Of a DNA stretch of 55,410 nt, positions 17,901 through 25,024 are shown in pieces. Under the pieces are notes generated by a model. That model saw only the letters and a list, made by a program, of their open reading frames with translations, was not told where the DNA came from and made no database searches. The DNA is taken from contig PNLN01000104.1 of assembly GCA_013823055.1 (NCBI GenBank), forward strand, positions 1 to 55,410, read 5' to 3'. The position numbers were made by a program, and so were the translations under genes. Numbering within the stretch: position 1 is the first letter of the stretch; each line of letters opens with the position of its first letter. Origin of the DNA: Cyanobacteria bacterium DS2.3.42 (GTDB lineage: Bacteria > Cyanobacteriota > Vampirovibrionia > Obscuribacterales > Obscuribacteraceae).

Positions 17901-19622
17901 TTACGCTGATACCGCCTGTGGTTCCAGCGATTGCAAGTGCTGGGACAACAGAACGATGGTGGACTTCTCTACCCAATAGGTCATGCCGCGTCCGAGCTGT
18001 GAAAAGTTCGGGCAGTCAATCGGCTTGCCGTCTTTGTCGCGAGAACACGAGATCCCTACGACCGCGGTCAATTGGAGATCGCGAAGAAGGTTGAAGAAAC
18101 GATTCCGCTCTTCCTTCATCAAGATCTCCGCGCCATCGAACACCAGTAGCGGTGCCTTTTCGATCAGTGCGATAGCGACCTGGAGCGTCGCATTAATCAA
18201 CCATTGCTCAGATTCCGAACACAGCACGAAAGGAGCGTTTCCATTCTTGCCGTCGTCGTATCTGATCTCCAGCTCTGCATCAATCGTGACTGTTCCCCAA
18301 CCAGCCGCGCGGCAGACTTCGCTTACTTTGTCGTTGAACGGCTTGAGGTTTTGAATCAAGACGCGCTTCCGAAGTCCATCAGATCCCATCGCCTTGGCTG
18401 CTTTGTCCAGGGCGATTATCTGATGGTGAAAAGCGGTGCCCTGCTTCTTCTGCTTGAACGCTTTCAAGCGCAGTTCGGCAGTCGCCAGGGCGTCACTAGC
18501 GGTATCAATGGCGGTGGCATCCTCAATCGGTGCCACATCTGCATTCTTTGCCTTCTCTCCGGCTTCTTTCGCCTCCCGAATCTGTACCTGGAGTGAAAGA
18601 GTGACGGCTCGCTGTTCGTCCCTGGCTTTGGTGGCGGCATTCACCTCCTGGACCAGCTCCGCCATACTTGCACTATCGAGACAAACAACGTTGTTTTTTA
18701 CAACAAGCTTGCCACCTTGGACGGTGCCCTTGATGGAGCAACTTCCACAGGTAATCAGAGCGGCGTCAGCTTTCGCCTGGGCGAGTTTTTTCTCTAGCGC
18801 TTGCGCAGCGGTAGAAAGTTTCTCGTACTCCAGACCTGCTTGGTAGAGCTGCTTATCCAGATCTTGGACTGAATTCGCAACTTCTTTCAAGCGCTCCATC
18901 TCGGCTTCCGTCAGTACGTTCTCGCGAATGGTGCTCACATGCGCTTCGCGTGCATCCACGACAGCTTTTTCGAGATCTTCAAGCTTTGCTTCGACCAGGT
19001 CGTAATCCCATCCTTCCGGCTGGAATGTCAGACCTTGAGTGCTTCCCCACTTAACGCCAGTGACCTGCTGAAACATTCCCTTACGGGTTGTGCATTCGGT
19101 CTTCGCGATGGCTTCACCTTTATCCCAGCCCATGCCGGGGATCTTGCCGTTACCGAAAACGGTATCAAGGATCTTGGTTTGGTCTGCGACGGTAACGCCG
19201 CACTCTTTCAGCTCAACTTCCAACCGCGGGCGATCCGCTTGCTGTGCTGCATACTGCTCAAGCGCCTTGGCTCTTTCGTTCGGCGTGAGCTTGGAAAGTT
19301 TCAACAATCCAAGTACGCCCTGGCGGTGAAGTGTTGCCGCGCCGCTGAGCGAATGCGGTTCAAGCGAGGGATAAGAGATCCTTCGCGTGCCGTTCTCGTC
19401 CTTCAGTGTGACAGTGGCTTCATTGGCTCCGCGGTTGACGTAAGCTTTTGCATCAGCTTTAGTCAATCCGAAGAGGTTTGGCTCGGCGGCGCAAACCGCT
19501 TGCAACCCTTGGATGAAGCTGCTCTTGCCTGTGTGGTTATCGCCTGCAATTAGCGTTACCTTCGGCGAGAGCGAAACGTCCGCGCGATCTATTCCTCGGT
19601 AAGATCTGATTTCTATTAGCAT
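17901..19622 (-). CDS. Rad50/SbcC-like SMC-type ATPase
   Basis: The N-terminal Walker A is GDNHTGKSS. A central A/E/K/L-rich coiled coil is interrupted by TCGSC (CxxC). The C-terminus has a CSESEQW signature-like motif and an LLVFDGAE Walker B. Confidence 0.65.
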   Translation of the reverse strand: MLIEIRSYRGIDRADVSLSPKVTLIAGDNHTGKSSFIQGLQAVCAAEPNLFGLTKADAKAYVNRGANEATVTLKDENGTRRISYPSLEPHSLSGAATLHRQGVLGLLKLSKLTPNERAKALEQYAAQQADRPRLEVELKECGVTVADQTKILDTVFGNGKIPGMGWDKGEAIAKTECTTRKGMFQQVTGVKWGSTQGLTFQPEGWDYDLVEAKLEDLEKAVVDAREAHVSTIRENVLTEAEMERLKEVANSVQDLDKQLYQAGLEYEKLSTAAQALEKKLAQAKADAALITCGSCSIKGTVQGGKLVVKNNVVCLDSASMAELVQEVNAATKARDEQRAVTLSLQVQIREAKEAGEKAKNADVAPIEDATAIDTASDALATAELRLKAFKQKKQGTAFHHQIIALDKAAKAMGSDGLRKRVLIQNLKPFNDKVSEVCRAAGWGTVTIDAELEIRYDDGKNGNAPFVLCSESEQWLINATLQVAIALIEKAPLLVFDGAEILMKEERNRFFNLLRDLQLTAVVGISCSRDKDGKPIDCPNFSQLGRGMTYWVEKSTIVLLSQHLQSLEPQAVSA

Positions 19623-19624
19623 CT

Positions 19625-20128
19625 CTAGTTAACTGCCTCCGACATAATTCCGACCTGTGCCGCCTTGCTTGCCTGACTGGTTCCGAATTCGACAATTGGG
19701 CCCCAGAACAGAATCCGCTCTCTAAGTCTCGCCGCCTTCGGGTGGATCTGCTCCTGGGTCCTCAGATCTGGCGTCTTCTTCAGCTTCTTCGCGAAGGAGA
19801 TCGTCTTCCCTTCCTTCGTCAGATATATGAATTTCCGGTCGTGTCTGATCTTCCATTTCCCCGACTTCGTCGGCAAGATCTCCACTTCCTTCAAGCCCTT
19901 CAATGGTGGTATCGTCTGTGGTGCCACCATCACCGTCGGGCAGTTCATCGGTGATTGACAGATCGGCTGCGGCTCGTTTGGGTCTGCGGGTGGACTGTCC
20001 TGCTGCTCTGTTGAGGGACTCTCCGTAGGCTCGCATGACTGGTCCGCAGAACTTGACAAAACGCATATACCAAACGCAAGCGTCACGGATGAGATCAGTG
20101 CGAGGAATACCTTCTTTTGTAGCTTCAT
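19625..20128 (-). CDS. ORF with signal-peptide-like N-terminus, overlapping the RHH ORF in another frame (status uncertain)
   Basis: An AAGGAG lies 7 nt upstream of the ATG. The product starts MKLQKKVFLALISSVTLAFGICVLSSSA. Its stop is 2 nt before the ATPase ATG. About 400 nt are shared with frame A (19722-20186). Confidence 0.35.
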   Translation of the reverse strand: MKLQKKVFLALISSVTLAFGICVLSSSADQSCEPTESPSTEQQDSPPADPNEPQPICQSPMNCPTVMVAPQTIPPLKGLKEVEILPTKSGKWKIRHDRKFIYLTKEGKTISFAKKLKKTPDLRTQEQIHPKAARLRERILFWGPIVEFGTSQASKAAQVGIMSEAVN

Positions 20129-20186
20129 TAGTCATCTCCTTTAAAAGCTTCTCGGGAAACCCAATGCAAATTTCTTTTAGTGCCAT
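19722..20186 (-). CDS. Ribbon-helix-helix protein with acidic C-terminal tail
   Basis: The ATG immediately follows the upstream stop (TAA-ATG). The N-terminus MALKEICIGFPEKLLKEMTNEATKEGIPRTDLIRDACVWYM is RHH-like. The tail is D/E/G/T-rich with G-first codons. Confidence 0.5.
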   Translation of the reverse strand: MALKEICIGFPEKLLKEMTNEATKEGIPRTDLIRDACVWYMRFVKFCGPVMRAYGESLNRAAGQSTRRPKRAAADLSITDELPDGDGGTTDDTTIEGLEGSGDLADEVGEMEDQTRPEIHISDEGREDDLLREEAEEDARSEDPGADPPEGGET

Positions 20187-21689
20187 TTAAAATGCGTCCT
20201 CTTCGCGCAGTTCGTCTGTGAGATCTTCGCTATCGTCCTCTTGTTCTTGGGTTGATTCTTCCTCGCTCTCTGACTGGTTTTGGTTTTCTTCTTCCGAGAG
20301 CATCGAGTTTTCTTCGCTCTCGTCGGTTGGGCTGAAGTCCGTCTGTTCCTGCGTCTCCTGGGTCATATCCTCGCCAGACATTTCTTGCGTCAATTGTTCG
20401 CCAGAGTCCTCGCTCGCTGTCGTAGAGGCTGATGTGTCCTCGGTATGGCTCGGAGTAGATGACTGTTCCTCTGATGATTCTTTCGCGGACGGCTTTACCG
20501 AATCCGTAGGGGTCGGCTGCGATGTTTTCGTCGTATTCGTCGTATTCGCGCCATTCGATTGCGGTTTTGCTTGCTGGTTCGCTGGCGGCTTGCTTGCTGG
20601 CTTCTGGGAGCCGGATGTAGCTGTCTGGGATTGGCTTGCCGGTGGCTTTGTCTCTCCAGCCGGTGTACCTTTCGAGGTCGTTGAAGAGCTTGTTGACGAG
20701 GTCTTGCTGGTAGCTGTAGACCTGGAAGACGCCGGGGAATTCGCCTGGTTTGATGTGGGTTTTTGTGAGGTATTCGTTCCAGAAGCGGTAGGCTTCGTTG
20801 TCACCGCTGGTGGTGTCTGGGCTGTCGATGGCTCTTCCTCCTTTTTAGCTGGCTGTGCGGGGATCTTCGACTTGTCGCGCTCTGGGAAAGTCTCATCCAG
20901 GACCGACTTGTCGTTCTTGATAGCGTCGTAAAGGAAGCGGAATTCAACAATGTCCGCCGCATCCAGGCAATCAGGTGTTTTGTTCAGCGGCTTATTGATG
21001 AATCGGCACAAGGACGCAGGACTGACGCCCATTAGCGCAAACTTTGTTTTGATGCTATTCCAGGCGCCAGGAATATCTTGGACCGCCTGGTGCAACGTGC
21101 GTTTGATTATTTTGATCGCTTCGTCACGCACATAATCAGGGATCTGCGAAAGAATTGCGTTTCTAACTTCTTTGGAATTCCGAGCCTTTTGTACTTCGCC
21201 AATATCCTGGTCGCTGACCAATTCAACGATTCCATTCTTGGTGTAGCGTTGATGTTTCACTGTGTACGATGTGCGAAAAGGGACGTTCGTTTCGAGATCA
21301 TGCGAATAGGCTTCAAACTGGCTCATGTTGCCATAATCGCCATGGTTAACCGTGCCGTATTCCAGGTTTCCCCAGATGCGGGCGAATTCCTTGGCGGCTT
21401 TGATGTTCAGCCCTTCGACTTTGTCGCTTCCACGCGGTACGCGATACATCGCATCTGCCGCAAAGTTCACGTTTGCGCAGGTTGCAAAAATTCTTTCCAC
21501 GCAACGCTTTTCATCGCGTGGGTACTGGATGGCTCGCTGGTGTGATGCATAGACCTGGGCGGTCGCGCGCTGCATCTCTACTTTCTCTGTCGCGCGATTC
21601 TCTTGTGTCGCCATGCCGAATTGCGGAACACTGGGTTTCTCTGTCACCACTGCTGGTGCCTGTGTAGTTTCTTGGACGGCTTCTGCCAT
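20187..21689 (-). CDS. Putative single-strand annealing / ssDNA-binding protein with long disordered S/T/P/Q and acidic tail
   Basis: A 500-aa ORF with AGGAGA upstream. It has a globular N-terminal ~275 aa. Next comes ~225 aa of STPQ-rich then E/D/S-rich sequence ending ...DELREEDAF. It sits next to a RecB/Cas4-like nuclease. The CDS is confident; the function is inferred. Confidence 0.45.
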   Translation of the reverse strand: MAEAVQETTQAPAVVTEKPSVPQFGMATQENRATEKVEMQRATAQVYASHQRAIQYPRDEKRCVERIFATCANVNFAADAMYRVPRGSDKVEGLNIKAAKEFARIWGNLEYGTVNHGDYGNMSQFEAYSHDLETNVPFRTSYTVKHQRYTKNGIVELVSDQDIGEVQKARNSKEVRNAILSQIPDYVRDEAIKIIKRTLHQAVQDIPGAWNSIKTKFALMGVSPASLCRFINKPLNKTPDCLDAADIVEFRFLYDAIKNDKSVLDETFPERDKSKIPAQPAKKEEEPSTAQTPPAVTTKPTASGTNTSQKPTSNQANSPASSRSTATSKTSSTSSSTTSKGTPAGETKPPASQSQTATSGSQKPASKPPANQQAKPQSNGANTTNTTKTSQPTPTDSVKPSAKESSEEQSSTPSHTEDTSASTTASEDSGEQLTQEMSGEDMTQETQEQTDFSPTDESEENSMLSEEENQNQSESEEESTQEQEDDSEDLTDELREEDAF

Positions 21690-21716
21690 GCTGATGATCT
21701 CCTGTTCTTAAGCGGT

Positions 21717-21908
21717 TTAGCGGGCTTCCAGTTGTCTGAGGTTGTCGATCAGTTGTCCCTGTGATTTCTCCAGGTGCTCGACTTTGCGGAGTAGGTCGTT
21801 ATTGGTGCAAATTAGATCCAATAAGAGCTTTCCGACTTCGGTCCTATATTCGAGATCTGGTTTAGTAACCAGATCCAGAACTTGGTTAACTTGCTCATTC
21901 TTCGGCAT
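21717..21908 (-). CDS. Small coiled-coil protein
   Basis: An internal ATG at 21908 is preceded by GGGAGGAACGGAGG and overlaps the nuclease stop by 14 nt. The 63-aa product is MPKNEQVNQVLDLV...LRQLEAR. Confidence 0.45.
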   Translation of the reverse strand: MPKNEQVNQVLDLVTKPDLEYRTEVGKLLLDLICTNNDLLRKVEHLEKSQGQLIDNLRQLEAR

Positions 21909-22749
21909 CCTCCGTTCCTCCCATGGTGCAAAAATTCGTACAGTGAGCATTGCAATACTTCGGCGTGCAAAGCATTGACATTGGATTTGCTGGAAACGAC
22001 CAGGGATCTTTTGCTTCCAGGTATTTTTCATAATGTCGCTGAATTTCTTCAACGGTGGACCAGAAGGCGCTCAGGCATTCTTCTGCATCAAATGGGATGG
22101 GCTTCGGCGCCCTCAGCCCCTCATTTGTCTTCTTGATCCCTTCTCTCTTTGCGAAATTCACGCGAGCGCCGGTTACTTCGATATCGTTCAGCCGACATAC
22201 AGCTATGTATCCGCCTAATTGCGCTTGCGGGGAAGGCTGTTTTGTGCCGGTTTTATGATCGTGTATAACTCCCATCACATCGCGAACGTCCATGGTGCCT
22301 GTCACTTTGACAGGGATCGCCTGTTCGCCAAGCGGGCTGATAATGGCTTCCAGCGGCACTTCGATGTGCGTCGGTGTAATGCTATCGAGTATAGGAACGA
22401 AGGAATACAAAAGACCGCGGATCTGTGCTTCCGCGGTCATTCCGTGCGGCGTGGTCTTGTCCCAAATGACGCCTTCTTTAGTTTCTTCGTTAAAGCTCTC
22501 CCACGCCAGACCGGCAGCATTAGCCACTTCAGACGCGATAAATTCGCCTGTTGCTTGCTTTGCGCGAAGGAGATTCGCTACTCCTTTATGTATGGCTGTA
22601 CCAATTGCAGCAGCCGCACTGGGACGCGACGGATTCAGCAAGAATCCGTCTGCGACCAGCGTCTCCCTAAAAAGTTTTGCGGCACTTCGCCGCGGGCAAT
22701 CGCCATAAGAAGGAATAGAACTGCATCGAATCTCTATATATTCGGACAT
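21895..22749 (-). CDS. PD-(D/E)XK exonuclease, RecB/Cas4-like with Cys cluster
   Basis: The motifs are GTMDVRD, IHDHK (D-x-K) and QLGGY (QxxxY). Cysteines occur near the N-terminus (IRCSS, GDCPRR) and as a C-terminal CTPKYCNAHCTNFC cluster. Confidence 0.7.
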   Translation of the reverse strand: MSEYIEIRCSSIPSYGDCPRRSAAKLFRETLVADGFLLNPSRPSAAAAIGTAIHKGVANLLRAKQATGEFIASEVANAAGLAWESFNEETKEGVIWDKTTPHGMTAEAQIRGLLYSFVPILDSITPTHIEVPLEAIISPLGEQAIPVKVTGTMDVRDVMGVIHDHKTGTKQPSPQAQLGGYIAVCRLNDIEVTGARVNFAKREGIKKTNEGLRAPKPIPFDAEECLSAFWSTVEEIQRHYEKYLEAKDPWSFPANPMSMLCTPKYCNAHCTNFCTMGGTEDAEE

Positions 22750-22900
22750 GTACTACCTCGATAGTCACACAGCAGCCGCCGAACAGCAGTTAGCTATTCA
22801 GCATCAGGGGCACCGTCGCCGGTGCCGCTGGTATGTGGTTTGGGAGAAGAAAAGCTCACCGTCCCGTCGAAATTTTTGCAAATTCGGGGCGGTGAACTAG

Positions 22901-22929
22901 ATAGTACAAGTCTGGCGGAGCCGCGTCAA
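22901..22929 (-). promoter_or_regulatory. Sigma70-type promoter for the leftward early operon
   Basis: The minus strand reads TTGACG-17 nt-TACTAT, 11 nt after the regulator stop and ~145 nt upstream of the nuclease ATG. The -10 lies inside a small palindrome, ACTATCTAGT. Confidence 0.5.
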
Positions 22930-22939
22930 CAGCCTTTTG

Positions 22940-23383
22940 CTAGTTGGCATCACCAAGGATGGTGGCAAGTTCCTCAAGATCCATACCCAGCTCGCGTTTC
23001 AGAGCTTGATAGTCTTCGCGAATTTTCTTTCCGGTGCCACCATTAATGAGGTCAGTAATATAGTCGACGGATATTTTGGCTTCATCTGCGCACAGTTCAT
23101 ATGTTTTGTATTTCTTTCGGATAACCTGGTCCCACAGGTGCATACGAGTGAAATCGTCCTCTACGTTTAAAATTTGCGCGCCATCATCCATGGTGATTTT
23201 TGTTGCGTCGCATAATTTTTTGAATTGAAAAAAAGCGGTGTGCTGGTTGTATCTAAAAAAATGACAAATTGTCGATTCTGCCCATTGCAACCTTTTTGCT
23301 AAATCTTTCAGCCCCCACATTTTTCTTGCGCGCATGGCTAGTACTATCTTAACTGGTACATAACTTGGGACTGGTCGGGGCAT
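22940..23383 (-). CDS. HTH DNA-binding regulator (repressor-like), two helix-turn-helix-like segments
   Basis: The preferred start is 23383, with GAGGTGA 7 nt upstream. The longer ORF start at 23467 lies inside an 11-bp hairpin. HTH-like segments are GLKDLAKRLQWAESTICHF and TYELCADEAKISVDYITDLING. Confidence 0.55.
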   Translation of the reverse strand: MPRPVPSYVPVKIVLAMRARKMWGLKDLAKRLQWAESTICHFFRYNQHTAFFQFKKLCDATKITMDDGAQILNVEDDFTRMHLWDQVIRKKYKTYELCADEAKISVDYITDLINGGTGKKIREDYQALKRELGMDLEELATILGDAN

Positions 23384-23447
23384 AGTTGAATCACCTCGCG
23401 TATATCTGGGGTGTATCCGCCGGAGTTGCGGTTTAAATTCCTTTAAC

Positions 23448-23476
23448 GAGAGGGATATCCCTTTCATATCCCTCTC
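23448..23476 (-). repeat. Perfect 11-bp inverted repeat (hairpin) between the tRNA 3' end and the phage regulator gene
   Basis: The minus strand reads GAGAGGGATAT-GAAAGGG-ATATCCCTCTC, starting 24 nt downstream of the tRNA 3' end. It could be a tRNA terminator or a protein-binding site. Confidence 0.5.
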
Positions 23477-23499
23477 CGTGGCATACTGGCTTTAGAAAT

Positions 23500-23572
23500 T
23501 ACCCCCAGGGGAATTCGAATCCCCGTCGCCTCCGTGAAAGGGAGGTGTCCTAGGCCTCTAGACGATGGGGGC
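23500..23572 (-). tRNA. tRNA-Glu (anticodon UUC)
   Basis: The minus strand reads GCCCCCATCGTCTAGAGGCCTAGGACACCTCCCTTTCACGGAGGCGACGGGGATTCGAATTCCCCTGGGGGTA. It has a 7-bp acceptor stem, a CCTCC/GGAGG anticodon stem with loop CTTTCAC, and a GGTTCGAAT-like T-loop. CCA is not encoded. Confidence 0.9.
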
Positions 23573-23875
23573 ATGATAAATATCTGAACAGCGTGAACTG
23601 CCCGGACTGCAAAGCCAGAGTTCCAGTGAAAATACAGAATAACAAACCCGGTTAAGGAGTGTCAACTTCGCGCCATTCTAGTATTAACGCGCTTCAACAG
23701 GTGGGAGCCCGATTGTCGGTACTTGGGAACGGTCTTGGAGGCTGTGATGCAAAAGGGCGCCCGTTTACATCGCCACCGGACTCCTGTTGTAAACTGGCCA
23801 AATGTAGTAGAGTCATTGCATCGAGCGCTGGGATATGAAGCTCGAGTTTCCCGTTTGGCGGCGGTTCTTTTACTG

Positions 23876-24907
23876 ATGCACACAATTGACGGCCAACAGA
23901 AAAACAAGGCCGAAAGACAAAACATAAGCAAAAATACAGGCAAAAATGCCTCTGCGGTTACTGACAAAGGTACATCGACAGGGCAAACGCAGCCCAGATA
24001 TACGAGTTTTAACGGTTATCTCAAAGAGAAATTTTCGGCTAGGGTTTATCGTGTGCCTATCGATGCCGGCTTCACCTGCCCGAATCGTGACGGTACAAGA
24101 GCAATGGGCGGATGTACGTTTTGCGACGATCGCGGCTCAGGCGCACCGACAATCAATCAAGTTCTCAGTGTCAAAGAGCAGCTATTTACTGGCATAGAAA
24201 GGATCCGGCGCCGGTTCAAGGCAGAGAAGTTTCTTGCTTACTTTCAAGCCTTTACTAATACCTACGCGCCGGAAGCAGTTTTGCGCTCGCTTTACGACGT
24301 CTCACTCGACCATGAAGACGTAGTCGGCATTTGTATAGGCACGCGCCCTGACTGTTTGGACGACAATGTGCTGAATCTGCTTGCAGAGTATCAAGAAAAG
24401 ACTTTTGTATTTTTGGAAGTTGGGCTCCAGTCAGCCCACAACAAAACCCTTGATCTAATTAACCGAGCCCACTCTGCCGAAGAGTTTTTCGATGCAGTAG
24501 AGCGTGCCAAAAAGAAAAATATCGAGGTTGCCACCCACTTGATTTTCGGACTTCCCGGCGAAAGCAGAGAAGACATGATGGAAACCGTGCGTCAAGTCGC
24601 AGACATCGGATTAACAGCTATCAAGATCCATCAACTCTGCGTCTACAAACACACACCCATGGCAGTGGATTACGAGCAAGGCAGGCTGCCGCTTTTAGAA
24701 GAAGATGAGTATGTGCAGCTAGTCTGCGATGCGCTGGAAATGTTGCCACCAGATATGGTGGTAATGCGCCTTGTCGCTGAAGGAACTAGAGAAGAAATAA
24801 TTGCGCCGGATTGGTGCTTCGAAAAAAACCGCATTATGGATAAGATCGACCAAGAATTGATAAGACGAGGCACTCGCCAGGGTTCCAGGTTTTCACCAAA
24901 GAATTGA
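23876..24907 (+). CDS. Radical SAM protein, TIGR01212 (YhcC/YtqA-like) family
   Basis: The signature is FTCPNRDGTRAMGGCTFCDDRGSGAP followed by a TIM-barrel-like body. The start is uncertain: the ORF is open from 23723 and the first ATG consistent with family length is 23876. Confidence 0.75.
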   Translation: MHTIDGQQKNKAERQNISKNTGKNASAVTDKGTSTGQTQPRYTSFNGYLKEKFSARVYRVPIDAGFTCPNRDGTRAMGGCTFCDDRGSGAPTINQVLSVKEQLFTGIERIRRRFKAEKFLAYFQAFTNTYAPEAVLRSLYDVSLDHEDVVGICIGTRPDCLDDNVLNLLAEYQEKTFVFLEVGLQSAHNKTLDLINRAHSAEEFFDAVERAKKKNIEVATHLIFGLPGESREDMMETVRQVADIGLTAIKIHQLCVYKHTPMAVDYEQGRLPLLEEDEYVQLVCDALEMLPPDMVVMRLVAEGTREEIIAPDWCFEKNRIMDKIDQELIRRGTRQGSRFSPKN

Positions 24908-25024
24908 TGTAACAATCTTGGCAAATCGGGCCATCTTGCAAGTTTTTATCTGCAATTCAGGGAAACCCCTAGATAACGAGCCTACCTTTTGTGGCAAGAA
25001 GTAGTTAGCCTGGAGGTTGTGGTC

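Larger units (their letters stand above)
1..23499. mobile_element. Tailed-phage genome segment (prophage or phage-derived island); left end outside the window, right end abutting tRNA-Glu
   Basis: Contiguous virion, lysis, replication and recombination genes with overlapping or tight junctions and strong SD sites. The block ends just before the 3' end of a tRNA gene, and housekeeping genes follow. No integrase or second att copy is in the window. Confidence 0.6.

Noticed and set aside
20218-20931. 237-aa plus-strand ORF rich in Ser, Val, Phe and Cys
   Set aside because: It is the antisense reading of the low-complexity S/T/E/D-rich tail of the 500-aa gene. Low-complexity coding DNA commonly stays open on the opposite strand.
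22752-22910. Repeated ACTA...TAGT elements as repressor operators
   Set aside because: The two copies differ in spacer length (6 versus 2 nt) and the half-sites are only 4 bp. They are mentioned under the promoter finding but are not reportable as separate features.
23573-23700. Promoter for tRNA-Glu (minus-strand TTGACA-17-TTATTC about 70 nt upstream of the mature 5' end)
   Set aside because: The -35 is perfect but the -10 is poor and the leader would be long. This is too weak to report as a feature.
23723-23875. N-terminal extension of the radical SAM ORF (TTG start at 23723)
   Set aside because: The extension has no SD, a composition unlike the conserved core, and would make the protein longer than I expect for the family. 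The start remains uncertain.
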